Shown: one piece after another, positions 43,939-54,620 of the stretch
How the letters are laid out: the number at the start of each line of letters is the position of its first letter
Numbering within the stretch: the stretch's first letter is position 1
DNA from: Spirochaetia bacterium
GTDB taxonomy: Bacteria; Spirochaetota; Spirochaetia; DSM-16054; Sediminispirochaetaceae
Reading direction: 5' to 3'
DNA length: 64,000 bases
NCBI GenBank assembly: GCA_034520965.1
Contig: JAXHMY010000008.1
Span: 128,001 to 192,000, forward strand
Position numbers and translations under genes: made by a program
The notes under the pieces: model-generated
What the model was told of the DNA's origin: nothing
What the model saw: the letters and a program-made list of their open reading frames with translations, nothing else
Databases searched by the model: none

Positions 43939-44940
43939 ATGGAGAATCAGGTGCTCTTGAGAGAATACGAAGATTTCCTCACTTCCGCGGCGCAGATTGC
44001 CCCCTTGAGCCGCGAGACCTATATGCGGGAGATCCGTTTCCTCTCTGAATGGTGCACTGAATCTGCATGCAGCTTGGAGCGCGTGCAGACACTCGAACTG
44101 CTCGATTTTATTACCCACCGTCGACAGGGTGGGGTTGATCACCGAACTCTGGCAAAAACGATCAGCGCCTTGCGCTCGTTTTTCAAATTCCTGTTGCAGG
44201 AAGAGTATCGGGCTGATAATCCCGCCGGGCAAATTGACTCGCCCCGCCGCTCGGCCCCCCTTCCGGATGTAATGACCCGTGAGGAAGTTGAGGCTTTCTT
44301 CAGGGCAATTCCACTTGATACCCATTATGGTCTGCGGGATCGTGCCCTTTTTGAAATAATTTATTCCTGCGGATTGAGAATCTCTGAGGCGGCACACTTA
44401 AAGATCGGTTCTCTCTTCTCGCTGAGGGAGTAGCCAGGGTGCACTGGAGAGGGCAACCGGGAGAGAATTGTCCCGGTCAGGGATCATGGTGTCTATTGGA
44501 TTAGGCAGTACCTGCAACGCTCCCGACCGCATATGTTAAAACGTGACCGGATTGAAGAGAGCCTGTTTCTGAGCATGCGAGGGACTGCTATTTCCAGGAA
44601 AGGAATTTGGAAGCGGTTTAAGCAGATATGTGAAAGGGCGGGAATTGAAGCCAAGGTACACACTTTGAGACACTCCTTCGCTACCCATCTGCTTCAGGGA
44701 GGAGCCGATTTACGCTCTGTACAGGCCCTTTTGGGGCATGCGGATATCGGAACCACACAGATCTATACCCATGTAGAGAATGAGGAGCTGCGGCAGGTAC
44801 ATGCTGCTTTACATCCGCGAGGTTCTGAAGCCCCGGGGCAAGGGACCCCTCTAGTACTACTAGGAGGTATACCCCATGATGCGTATAAAAGCGGTAGTAT
44901 TTCTAGTAGTTGTGGCGGCGATTGTGTTTACTGGTTGTAA
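43939..44940 (+). CDS. xerD: Tyrosine recombinase XerD-like (interrupted by compensating indels and a stop near 44418-44442; 3' end uncertain)
   Basis: [18 protein letters not shown] upstream; [12 protein letters not shown]...[14 protein letters not shown] downstream in the same frame. Confidence 0.8.
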
Positions 44941-45604
44941 CGAAGAACAGAAGAGAATCCTCAACAGATTGATGGATACCGAAACAGGTCAGTACAGCGG
45001 TGAAGAGGTTGATACTCAGCGAGTTGCCGAACTGGAGGATCATGTAAAACGTTTCTCGGATGAGGTTCAGGAGTTGGTTGAAGAGACAGGGAAGCTGGGT
45101 ATCTACTATAAGATGCTGGCCCTTGAGTATATGGACCAGGAGATGTACGGTCCGGCCCGGGAGTACTTTCTGAAATCTCTGGAGATATACCCTAACAACC
45201 ACCTAGTTCAGTATTATACGGGCTTATCCAGTGCGCAGACAGTAGGTGCTCAAGCAAGTGAAGCCCAGCGGACCATCCGTTTAGAAGAGGCGGCCTATCG
45301 ACTATCGGCGGGCCGCTGAACTTAAGCGTAATTACTTTGAGGCCCTCTATGCCCTTTCGGTGCTCTATGTTTTGAGCTTGACCGGGCTCCGGAAGCTGAA
45401 GAGTATGTGAAGCGGGCCCTTGAAGTTCGCCCCGGCAGCCAAAAGACCCGCTTTCTCCTCGCGGCGATTCGAGTTAGACAGAATCGCTTTGAAGAGGCAA
45501 TCGAGATTTATGATCAGATAATAGACGAGACTGAAGATGCAACTATGCAGCAGCGGGCCCGAGAAAACCGGGAACAGCTCCTGGGAGGAGGGTATAATGG
45601 CTGA
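44876..45604 (+). CDS. TPR-containing lipoprotein (indels near 45300 and 45380)
   Basis: Lipobox FTGC; TPR-like A..YF.KSLEIYP and [10 protein letters not shown] segments in successive frames. Confidence 0.7.
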
Positions 45605-46583
45605 TATCCTTTCCATCGCCATAAGCCTCATAAAGGGCATTAAGCCCAGGGACCGCCTCTCATTGGGATTCTACTTCTCCTCTATAGAGGAATTTGAACA
45701 GACTAAACCCTTTGAAATGATACAGATGACCACAAAGGGGATTTCTTATAACAATCCTGCCAATGCCGAATTAGTGCGCCGAGCCCGGAAAATTGCCGAG
45801 GATGTGGAGCGTTCCGGAGCGCGGGCCGTCAGTTATTGGGACCGTGAATATCCGCCGTTACTGCGCGAAATGTACGATTCACCGTACATGCTGTATATAC
45901 GCGGGACCCTGCCGAAGCAGGACCGTCCGGCTGTTGCAATTGTGGGAACCCGTCATCCAAGCCCTGCAGGCCGTAAAGCCGCCTTTTCATTGGCGGCGGA
46001 ACTCGGATTGGCTGGCCTTCCGATTATCTCCGGCTTAGCCGCCGGTATTGATGCTGCAGCTCATTGGGGTACTCTCAAAACCCAGCAGCAGACTGTGGCG
46101 ATAATGGGAAATGGAATTGATAGGGTGTATCCCTCAAGTAATAGCGAGCTCGCTGGACGAATACTTCAAAATGGAGGGGCGCTGATCAGTGAATATCCTC
46201 CTTTCACTCCGGCCAGCCGATTCCGTTTTCCGGAACGGAACCGAATTATAAGTGGGATAGCCCGAGCACTGGTGGTTGTTCAGGCCCCTGAAAAATCGGG
46301 AGCTCTCATCACCGCTGATCATGCACTCGACCAAAACAAAGAAGTTTATGTGCATTCCGCCGGTACCTACGGCCGACGAGGGGCCGGCGCATTGCGGCTG
46401 TCGGGAGATGGCGGTATGCTGATTGAAAATGCAAAAAAAATACTTGATGCATGGCGGATACCGATGGACGAGTGCCTCGAGACATTACAACTGGACAGTT
46501 TCACCCCGAGCCAACGGCTTGAGGAAGAGCTGGATGGGCGTCTGCTGAGATTTGACGGCCTATGGTATCGGAGGGTTGGATGA
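45597..46583 (+). CDS. dprA: DNA-processing protein DprA/Smf
   Basis: AIVGTR, SGLAAGID, FPERNRIISG and SGALITA. Confidence 0.95.
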   Translation: MADILSIAISLIKGIKPRDRLSLGFYFSSIEEFEQTKPFEMIQMTTKGISYNNPANAELVRRARKIAEDVERSGARAVSYWDREYPPLLREMYDSPYMLYIRGTLPKQDRPAVAIVGTRHPSPAGRKAAFSLAAELGLAGLPIISGLAAGIDAAAHWGTLKTQQQTVAIMGNGIDRVYPSSNSELAGRILQNGGALISEYPPFTPASRFRFPERNRIISGIARALVVVQAPEKSGALITADHALDQNKEVYVHSAGTYGRRGAGALRLSGDGGMLIENAKKILDAWRIPMDECLETLQLDSFTPSQRLEEELDGRLLRFDGLWYRRVG

Positions 46584-47479
46584 AACTGCAGGCAGTTTTA
46601 AAAGATTATATCCATTACCTTGAATCGGTTCGAGGGCTTTCGACTCATAGTATTCGTGCCTACCAAAGCGATCTTTCCCGCTTTGAGGGCTTTGTCAATG
46701 ACCGGGAGAGTGAGTGGACGCAGCTGCGGCCCGCCGATGTACGTGCCTTTGTGGGCAGCTTGCACCGTGAGAACCTGAGCGGAAGTTCGATTAATCGAGC
46801 TTTGTCGGCAGTAAAGGGTTTGTATCATTACGCCGTGCAGTTTGGGATAACTGCGGTTGATCCTTTTGAGCATATTAAAAGCAGCTCCAGTGGGAGGAGG
46901 CTTCCTCAGGTGCTGAGTGGAACCGAAGTAGATCAGTTGCTTGCTCTGCCCGACGATTCGTTTAACGGTTCCCGTGATCGAGCTTTGCTGGAACTCCTTT
47001 ATTCGACCGGGTGTCGTGTTGCAGAGATCTCGGCAATGGATATTTCGGATGTACAACGCGGAAGAAAATCTATCAGAGTACTTGGAAAAGGAAATAAAGA
47101 GCGCTATGTCTATGTAGGCCGGCCGGCTCAAGCAGCCCTGTCATATTATCTTGATATGCGCAGGCAGTATGTAACTCGGAATTCACTTGCTGAAACAGGG
47201 GCCCTGTTTATAAATTTAAAGGGTACCCGCCTAACTGCGCGTGGTATGGCTCTTATTATCAACAAATACATGCAGCGTAGTGGTATTTCAAAGAAGGTCT
47301 CACCCCACACCTTCCGTCATAGTTTTGCTACACACCTTCTCGATCAGGGCGCGGATATTCGTATGGTGCAGGAGATGCTCGGGCACTCAAGTGTGTCTAC
47401 CACGCAAATTTACACGCACGTGGGGCTAGAGAAGCTGAAAAAGGTTTATAGGGAGGCTCATCCACATGGAAAACGATAA
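46580..47479 (+). CDS. xerC: Tyrosine recombinase XerC-like
   Basis: [35 protein letters not shown] and LGH...TTQIY. Confidence 0.88.
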   Translation: MKLQAVLKDYIHYLESVRGLSTHSIRAYQSDLSRFEGFVNDRESEWTQLRPADVRAFVGSLHRENLSGSSINRALSAVKGLYHYAVQFGITAVDPFEHIKSSSSGRRLPQVLSGTEVDQLLALPDDSFNGSRDRALLELLYSTGCRVAEISAMDISDVQRGRKSIRVLGKGNKERYVYVGRPAQAALSYYLDMRRQYVTRNSLAETGALFINLKGTRLTARGMALIINKYMQRSGISKKVSPHTFRHSFATHLLDQGADIRMVQEMLGHSSVSTTQIYTHVGLEKLKKVYREAHPHGKR

Positions 47480-48011
47480 GAACTTTCATGGAACAACGAT
47501 TCTGGCAGTCCGCAAGGGAAATGAAGTAGCCATGGCCGGTGACGGTCAGGTGACCCTGGGCGAGACAGTTATGAAAGGGAACGCTCGCAAGGTACGGAGT
47601 ATGTATGACGGACAAATTTTAACCGGTTTTGCCGGTGCGACTGCCGATGCATTTACCCTGTTTGAGCGTTTTGAAGGGAAAGTAAAGGAATACAACGGCG
47701 ATATAACCCGTGCTGCAGTGGAATTAGCAAAGGAATGGCGTACCGACCGAATGCTGCGTAAACTGGAAGCTATGCTGCTGGTGGCCGATAAAAACAAGAC
47801 TTTGTTGATATCCGGCACCGGAGATGTAGTTGAACCGGAACGCGGAGTGATTTCGATCGGCTCCGGCGGCAATTATGCATATGCGGCGGCATTGGCTTAC
47901 CTGGATACTGCCGAATTGAGTGCTCGAGAGATAGTTGAACGAGCAATGAAGATTGCCGCCCACATTTGTATTTACACCAACGATCAATTTACTGTGGAGG
48001 AACTAAAATGA
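47466..48011 (+). CDS. hslV: ATP-dependent protease peptidase subunit HslV
   Basis: [22 protein letters not shown] and GSGG. Confidence 0.97.
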   Translation: MENDKNFHGTTILAVRKGNEVAMAGDGQVTLGETVMKGNARKVRSMYDGQILTGFAGATADAFTLFERFEGKVKEYNGDITRAAVELAKEWRTDRMLRKLEAMLLVADKNKTLLISGTGDVVEPERGVISIGSGGNYAYAAALAYLDTAELSAREIVERAMKIAAHICIYTNDQFTVEELK

Positions 48012-49460
48012 TAGAGGCGTTGTTTTCACTCACACCAAAAGAAATAGTCAAAGCTTTAGATAAATATATTATCGGACAAGAGAAGGCCAAAAAGTCGGTA
48101 GCAATAGCCCTGCGTAATAGAGTACGGCGGCGTAATTTGCCGGATGACCTGCGGGACGAGGTTGCTCCGAAGAACATCATCATGATCGGTTCAACCGGAG
48201 TCGGCAAAACCGAGATCGCCCGCCGCCTTTCTAAACTCAGCGGTGCACCCTTTATCAAGGTAGAGGCTACAAAATACACAGAAGTAGGATACGTAGGGCG
48301 CGATGTTGAGTCGATGGTGCGCGACCTTATGAGCGTAGCCTTGTCGATGGTAAAGAGCGAAATGGCTGAAGATGTGCGTGAAGAAGCGGAAAAGCGCGCA
48401 GAGGAGTCTGTGCTGGACTTGCTGCTGCCGGGTGTGAAAAAAAGCGGCCGCAGCAGCGATAAGAAGGATCAATCCGTCGATGGAAACAGTAGTGCTTCAG
48501 CAGCTTCGGGGGCGGGACCTTCCGACGTGATCTATGTCGGCGACGGTACGGAAAACGGCTCCGAGAGGAGCTCCGACAGCGGCGGAACCACCCGTGAAAA
48601 ATTTAGAAAAATGCTGAGAGACGGAAAACTGGACGATAAAATGGTTGAGGTTGAAACCTCCGGGTCCAAGTCCCCTTCTATCTGAAGTTTTTTCCGGACA
48701 GAGCTTTGAAGAAATGAATATGAATTTCGGAAATCTTGGAAATATCTTTGGGGGGAACAAGAAAAAACGGCGGGTATCGGTTAAGAATGCCCGCGAAATT
48801 CTGCTGGACCAGGAAATGGATAAGTTGATTGACGACGAGAGTGCCGCGGATGTGGCCCGTGAGAGGGTTGAGCAGATGGGCATCATCTTTATCGACGAAA
48901 TTGATAAAGTGGCAGTGAAAGAAGGGCGCGGCGGAATGGATGTATCCCGCGAAGGGGTGCAGCGCGATATTCTGCCGATTGTAGAAGGCAGTAAAATCAA
49001 TACTAAATACGGACTGATCGATACCAGTCACATATTATTTATTGCAGCAGGTGCTTTTCACATGAGCAAGCCTTCGGATTTGATTCCGGAGCTGCAGGGG
49101 CGGTTTCCCCTGCGGGTAGAACTTGAAGACCTCTCTGATAAGGACTTTTTCCGTATTCTGACCGAACCGGAAAACGCCCTTACCAAACAGTACCGCGAGC
49201 TTTTGAAAACTGAAGGGGTTGAACTTGATTTTTCCGACGACTCCTTGAAGAGGATAAGTGAGATTGCCGCCGATGTGAATTCGAAGACCGAAAATATCGG
49301 TGCCCGTCGGTTGCAGACGATAATGGAGCTGCTGTTGGAGGATATATCTTTCAATGCTCCGGAGCTTGAGGGACAAAAAATACCGATTACTCCGGAGTAT
49401 GTGAATGAACGGCTGCAGGATATTGTGCAGGACCAGGATCTTTCGCGATATATTCTGTAA
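48008..49460 (+). CDS. hslU: ATP-dependent protease ATPase subunit HslU (apparent extra T near 48683)
   Basis: [13 protein letters not shown] and GYVG in frame 1; [15 protein letters not shown] and DLSRYIL in frame 2. Confidence 0.93.
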
Positions 49461-49534
49461 AGGTTTTTTGGGGAGAAGTTACTAAGTGAGCGAGGTGAAT
49501 GTGTCGAAACTAGAAATTAGAAAACCCAGGCCTT

Positions 49535-49561
49535 TCAAAAACTTTCGGTTTTTGCGGATGC
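49535..49561 (+). promoter_or_regulatory. Putative sigma28 (FliA) promoter upstream of flgB
   Basis: TCAA-N15-GCGGATGC, compared with consensus TAAA-N15-GCCGATAA. Confidence 0.5.
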
Positions 49562-49585
49562 CTGTAGCAAAAAGGAGAGCACAGG

Positions 49586-50002
49586 GTGTTTTTAAATAAT
49601 AGCTTTGGAAAAACCCTCGATATTCTGCATAGAACAATGGATGCGTCGATGCTGCGTCATCAGGTGAGTGCCAACAACATCGCAAATGCCGACACCCCTA
49701 ACTTCAAGCGAACTACAGTGAACTTTGAGTCTGAATTGAAGCGGGCGTTGGACTCCGAAAAGGTAGACAAACCGCAGGCGTACCTGACGCATCCCAAACA
49801 TATCCCCTTTGATAAAGTGCAGAATTACCGAGAAGTGAAACCCCGGCGGGTACTGGACTATCTGTCCCAAACCGATAACAACGGGAACAATGTGAACCTG
49901 GAAGAGGAGAGTATGCTGCTCCTGCAAAATCAGCTGCGTTATAACATGTTGACCAGATCCGTTTCTGAACAATTCAATCGGGTTAATCTGGTACTAAGGT
50001 AG
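49586..50002 (+). CDS. flgB: Flagellar basal-body rod protein FlgB
   Basis: NNIANADTPNFK and NGNNVNLEEE. Confidence 0.95.
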   Translation: MFLNNSFGKTLDILHRTMDASMLRHQVSANNIANADTPNFKRTTVNFESELKRALDSEKVDKPQAYLTHPKHIPFDKVQNYREVKPRRVLDYLSQTDNNGNNVNLEEESMLLLQNQLRYNMLTRSVSEQFNRVNLVLR

Positions 50003-50014
50003 TGGAGGTAAGCA

Positions 50015-50473
50015 ATGGGCTTATTCAGTAGTATTAATGTCGCATCCTCCGGCCTGACCGCACAGAGGACTCGACTCGATGTAGTGTCTAATAATATCGC
50101 CAATGCAGATACCACCCGTACTCCTGAAGGCGGGCCGTTCCGCCGTAGTCGGGTTATATTTCGGCCGCGGGTCAGTCAGCCCTACTGGCGGAGTCCTTTT
50201 CAGCCTAAAACACTGGATAACGGAGTTGGTCAGGGGGTACGAATAGTTGAGGTTGAGAAGGATAGCGATTCAAAACCGCGAATGGTCTACGATCCGACCC
50301 ATCCGGATGCAATTAAAACCGGTCCGCAGCAGGGATATGTAGAAATGCCGAATGTAAATGTTGTCGAAGAAATGGTGGACATGATTTCGGCATCCCGTTC
50401 TTATGAAGCGAACGTCGCTGTTATAAATGGTGCGAAAACCATGTTTCAGGGCGCACTTAATATTGGAAGATGA
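50015..50473 (+). CDS. flgC: Flagellar basal-body rod protein FlgC
   Basis: NNIANADTTR, YDPTHPDA and PNVNVVEEMVDMISASRSYEAN. Confidence 0.97.
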   Translation: MGLFSSINVASSGLTAQRTRLDVVSNNIANADTTRTPEGGPFRRSRVIFRPRVSQPYWRSPFQPKTLDNGVGQGVRIVEVEKDSDSKPRMVYDPTHPDAIKTGPQQGYVEMPNVNVVEEMVDMISASRSYEANVAVINGAKTMFQGALNIGR

Positions 50474-50497
50474 TTATTCCGAGGGAGGAGTAACTAA

Positions 50498-50830
50498 ATG
50501 TCAAATATGTTTTCAAGCCAAGTGAGCGGTCACATTGTTCCGATGGAACTTACAAACCCTCGGCATATGACCGGAAAACTCACAAAGCCGCAACAGCAAG
50601 GCAGCGAAAACCTTGATTTTGGAAAGATGGTGTTTGATAAACTGCAGGAAGCGAATAGTCTTACCCAGGAAAGTACGCAGTTGAGTCAGCAATTTATTAC
50701 CGACCCTGATAGTGTAGATGCACACGATGTGACGATTGCAATGAGCAAGGCTAATTTTGCAGTATCGCTGACAAAGTCCGTCGTCGATGGAGCGTTGAAG
50801 GCTTACAGGGAGATTTCAAACTTGAGATAA
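50498..50830 (+). CDS. fliE: Flagellar hook-basal body protein FliE
   Basis: DAHDVTIAMSKA...AYREI; position in cluster. Confidence 0.92.
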   Translation: MSNMFSSQVSGHIVPMELTNPRHMTGKLTKPQQQGSENLDFGKMVFDKLQEANSLTQESTQLSQQFITDPDSVDAHDVTIAMSKANFAVSLTKSVVDGALKAYREISNLR

Positions 50831-50864
50831 AGTGATGTGATCGTTCTTCTTTTTGGGAGGGGAA

Positions 50865-52580
50865 ATGAACGAATTTTTTCAGAAAACAATTACGCAGATT
50901 AAGAGCCTGTGGGGCAAATTTTCGCTTGTGCAAAAGGTTATCCTGTTTGCAGTAGTGATTGTCTCAGTACTCGGGTTAGTACTGTTGGTCAACTTTAGCG
51001 CCAGCCCGAGCATGGTGCCGCTTATTACCGCGCCGATTACCGATCAGGAGAAACTGAACCGCATCTCCGTGCGACTCGACGAGGAAGGTGTGCAGCACAG
51101 CATAACCGAGGAAGGACGGGTGTATGTGGAGGACCGGCGTACTGCCCAGCGGATGGTAACGGTGTTGATGCGGGAGGATCTTATTCCGCAGGAAGCCAGC
51201 CCATGGGATGTATTTAAGATGGACCGCTGGAGTGTCACGGACTTCGAAAGGAACGTGAACTTGCGCCAGGCTATCACCCGGAATTTGGAACAGCATATCG
51301 AATCGCTGCAGGATGTAGATTCAGCTCAAGTTACCCTGGTACTGCCGGAGGATACTCTGTTTCAAGAGGACCAGGAGCCGGTGACTGCCTCTGTTATTGT
51401 AACCCCGCGTCCGGGGAGTGATATTATTGAAAATCGGAAGAAAATTGAGGGTATAGAGAAGCTGGTGATGTTCGCTGTAGAAGGCTTGTCGGATAGAAAT
51501 GTAGTCATTTCCGACCACAACGGATTGGTGCTGAACGATTTCGAAAATATGGCTGAATTTGATCGGCTTGAACTTTCAAAACGGCAGCTTGATCAAAAGG
51601 CGCTGCTTGAAAATAAGTATAAATCTCAGATTTTCAAGGAGCTTTCGCAGATTTTCGGGGCTAAACGGGTAAGTGTGCTGAAGGTTGATATGAGCCTTAA
51701 TTTTAGAAAAGAGACGGTAGAAACCCAGGAACACTTTCCAATTACTACGGTCCCGGATAATCCGAATACTCCCTTTAGTGAGCGTGAATATGTGCTTTCA
51801 ATTCCGCGTTCCAAAGAGATCGTAAATGAAGAGTTTAAGGGTACCGGTTTTAATCCTGAGGGGCCTCCGGGACAGGAAGGACAGACTCCGCCGGCCTATA
51901 AGGACCTTGACAACCTGGTTGGGGAATACAAAAACAGCTCGGAGATTGTGAATGAAGAGGTCAATACCCGAAATATTTACCAGGAGAAAAGCCCCTGGGA
52001 GATAGATCGGATATCTGTTGGTGTGGCTATCGATGGAATATGGGAAAAGAAGTATAATGAAAACGGTACAGTCAAACTTGACGAAGAGGGCCGTATAGTC
52101 AGGGAATATATCCCGGTTGACGATGAACAGCTGGAGAAAGCCCAGACTTTATTAGAGCATGCGGTAGGTTACAATAGAGAGCGGGGAGATTCAATTACAG
52201 TACAGCATTTGCAGTTTGACCGGACCAGTCAGTTTGAGGAAGAGGACGAAAAGTTCCGCCGGCAGAAGCGGGTGCAACAGATATTGCTGTATTCAATCCT
52301 CGGAGTCGTTATTATTATTGTGGCTTTTGTAGTGTTTAGGTTGATTTCACGGGAAATTGAACGTCGACGACGCTTACGCGAAGAGGAACTTGCTAGACAG
52401 CACCAGATGGCCCGTGAGGCTGCCCTGCGCAGTGCTGAAGAGGAAGAAGAGGGCATGGAAGTCGGTATGTCGGTTGAGGAGCGTGCCCGAATGGAGATGC
52501 AGGAAAACGCCATCAATATGGCCAGGGAGCATCCTGAAGACGTTGCACAGCTTATCAGAACCTGGCTGGCGGAGGAGTAA
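50865..52580 (+). CDS. fliF: Flagellar MS-ring protein FliF
   Basis: Two TMs, TASV, RGDSITV and C-terminal VAQLIRTWL. Confidence 0.95.
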   Translation: MNEFFQKTITQIKSLWGKFSLVQKVILFAVVIVSVLGLVLLVNFSASPSMVPLITAPITDQEKLNRISVRLDEEGVQHSITEEGRVYVEDRRTAQRMVTVLMREDLIPQEASPWDVFKMDRWSVTDFERNVNLRQAITRNLEQHIESLQDVDSAQVTLVLPEDTLFQEDQEPVTASVIVTPRPGSDIIENRKKIEGIEKLVMFAVEGLSDRNVVISDHNGLVLNDFENMAEFDRLELSKRQLDQKALLENKYKSQIFKELSQIFGAKRVSVLKVDMSLNFRKETVETQEHFPITTVPDNPNTPFSEREYVLSIPRSKEIVNEEFKGTGFNPEGPPGQEGQTPPAYKDLDNLVGEYKNSSEIVNEEVNTRNIYQEKSPWEIDRISVGVAIDGIWEKKYNENGTVKLDEEGRIVREYIPVDDEQLEKAQTLLEHAVGYNRERGDSITVQHLQFDRTSQFEEEDEKFRRQKRVQQILLYSILGVVIIIVAFVVFRLISREIERRRRLREEELARQHQMAREAALRSAEEEEEGMEVGMSVEERARMEMQENAINMAREHPEDVAQLIRTWLAEE

Positions 52581-52583
52581 ATT

Positions 52584-53648
52584 ATGGCAAAAGCAGCTGG
52601 TCAGCAACAAGGAGCCGCCGCCGGTTCCTCTCAGAAGCGAGGCGGGAAACGGGAGCTAAACGGCCGCCAGAAAGCCGCAATTTTCCTGGTAACCCTCGGT
52701 TCGGAGATATCATCAGAAATTTTTAAACACCTGCGTGAAGACGAAATAGAGACCCTCACCTTTGAGATAGCCCGTCTTGACAATGTTGAGTCGGCAGAGC
52801 GTGATAAAGTGTTGCAGGAGTTTAAAGAGTTAATGATGGCCCAGGACTTCATAACCTCCGGGGGGATCGATTACGCCCGCGAGTTGTTGGAGAAGTCTTT
52901 AGGCAGTCAGAAGGCTGTCGACATTATCAATCGATTAACCAGTAGTCTGCAGGTGAGGCCCTTCGATTTTGTTCGTCGGACCGACCCTGCACACCTGTTG
53001 AACTTTATTCAACAGGAGCATCCCCAGACTATTGCTCTGATTCTTGCGTATTTGGAGCCCCAGAAAGCCTCCAATATCCTGGGCAGCTTGCCCCATGAGG
53101 TGCAGTCGGATGTTGCCCGGCGAATTGCCACTATGGACCGTACCAGTCCGGAAGTGCTGCGCGAGGTGGAGCGTGTGTTGGAGAAAAAGCTTTCCACCCT
53201 TTCTAATGAAGATTTTACTGCAGCAGGTGGTGTTGAAAATATCGTCGAGATTCTCAACTTGGTCGACCGGACCACGGAAAAGACCATTATTGAGTCCCTG
53301 GAGGAAGAGGATGCCGAACTGGCTGAAGAGATTAAGAAGCGTATGTTCGTATTCGAGGATATTGTTCTGCTTGATAACCAGGCAATCCAGAAGGTGCTGC
53401 GCGAGGTTGATACAAACGATCTGGCAAAAGCCCTGCGAGGGGTTGAAGCTGAAGTACAGGATAAGATCTTTCGTAATATGTCCAAACGCGCCGCTGCTCT
53501 GCTGAAAGAGGAAATGGAATATATGGGCCCGATACGGCTGAAAGACGTGGAAGAGGTGCAGCAAAAAATTGTGGCATCCATACGCAAGCTGGAAGAGCAG
53601 GGCGAAATTGTAGTTGCCCGCGGCGGCGAAGACGAGATGGTAATTTAG
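52584..53648 (+). CDS. fliG: Flagellar motor switch protein FliG
   Basis: GGIDYA, EHPQTIA, MFVFED and NMSKRAA. Confidence 0.97.
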   Translation: MAKAAGQQQGAAAGSSQKRGGKRELNGRQKAAIFLVTLGSEISSEIFKHLREDEIETLTFEIARLDNVESAERDKVLQEFKELMMAQDFITSGGIDYARELLEKSLGSQKAVDIINRLTSSLQVRPFDFVRRTDPAHLLNFIQQEHPQTIALILAYLEPQKASNILGSLPHEVQSDVARRIATMDRTSPEVLREVERVLEKKLSTLSNEDFTAAGGVENIVEILNLVDRTTEKTIIESLEEEDAELAEEIKKRMFVFEDIVLLDNQAIQKVLREVDTNDLAKALRGVEAEVQDKIFRNMSKRAAALLKEEMEYMGPIRLKDVEEVQQKIVASIRKLEEQGEIVVARGGEDEMVI

Positions 53649-53676
53649 TTTTGTTGATAGATAGGGGAGGTTGCCC

Positions 53677-54582
53677 ATGGCTAAAAATGTGTTTCGCGCT
53701 CAGGAAGTAACCCACACCGGAAAATGGGTAGAACTTGAAACTCCGTTTGAAGAAGAGGCTGCTGAAGTTGAAATTGAATCGGTAGAGGAGTACACAGGTC
53801 CGACTGCCGACGACCTGAAGCGTGAAGCTGAAGCCTTCAAGCGCAACTGGGATAATGAAAAACAGAAAATGCTCGATGAGGCCAAGGCCGAGGCGGAAAA
53901 AATTGTCAAAGAAGCCGAACAGCACGCCTTTGAAGAAGTTCAGAAAAAAACGGAAGATGTCCGGCGCGAAAAACAGGATGCCGAGGAAGAAGCCGAGAGG
54001 GTAAAGCAGGAGGCCCAGCAAGAGGCCTCTCAGATGCGCAAGGAGGCGGAAAGTGAAGTCGAGACGATCCGTCGGGATGCCTACAAGGAGGGGTACCAGG
54101 CTGGTCACGAAGAGGGGTTTGCTTCGGGTAAACCGGAGGTTGAACGCCTGGTCGAGCAGCTGCACCATATCATAGATAAGACTTTGGATAAGCGCTCTGA
54201 GATTATTGAAGAGTCCGAAACTCAGTTAGTGAACCTAGTGCTGATGATCACTAAAAAGGTAGTGAAAGTTATTTCTGAAAATCAGAAAAATGTAGTTATC
54301 AACAATGTAATTCAGGCTCTCCGTAAGCTAAAGAGTCGGGGAGAGGTTCTCATTAAGGTGAATCTTGAAGATGTGGAGCTTACTACGGAGCATGTGAAGG
54401 ACTTTATGCGGATGGTCGATAATGTACAATCAGTAACTGTAGTGGAGGATTCAACTGTAGATAAGGGCGGCTGTATTATAGAAACAGATTTTGGAGAAAT
54501 CGATGCCCGGATTTCCTCGCAACTGCAGGAGATTGAAGAGAAAATTATAGAGCTTGCGCCGATACGATCCAAGGGAGAATAG
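53677..54582 (+). CDS. fliH: Flagellar assembly protein FliH
   Basis: AxxEGYxxGxxEG repeat and GGCIIETDFGEIDARI. Confidence 0.93.
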   Translation: MAKNVFRAQEVTHTGKWVELETPFEEEAAEVEIESVEEYTGPTADDLKREAEAFKRNWDNEKQKMLDEAKAEAEKIVKEAEQHAFEEVQKKTEDVRREKQDAEEEAERVKQEAQQEASQMRKEAESEVETIRRDAYKEGYQAGHEEGFASGKPEVERLVEQLHHIIDKTLDKRSEIIEESETQLVNLVLMITKKVVKVISENQKNVVINNVIQALRKLKSRGEVLIKVNLEDVELTTEHVKDFMRMVDNVQSVTVVEDSTVDKGGCIIETDFGEIDARISSQLQEIEEKIIELAPIRSKGE

Positions 54583-54620
54583 CAGACTGAGCAGCGGAGA
54601 GCATACCTTGGGAGGGGAAT

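Noticed and set aside
43939..47479. Prophage or integrative-element integrases
   Set aside because: Both tyrosine recombinases are Xer-type and sit in housekeeping context, with no phage or conjugation genes.
48660..48700. Programmed frameshifting in hslU (also considered for phnC and xerD)
   Set aside because: No convincing slippery site with a stimulatory structure was seen. Similar single-base breaks occur throughout the window, so sequencing error is the simpler explanation.
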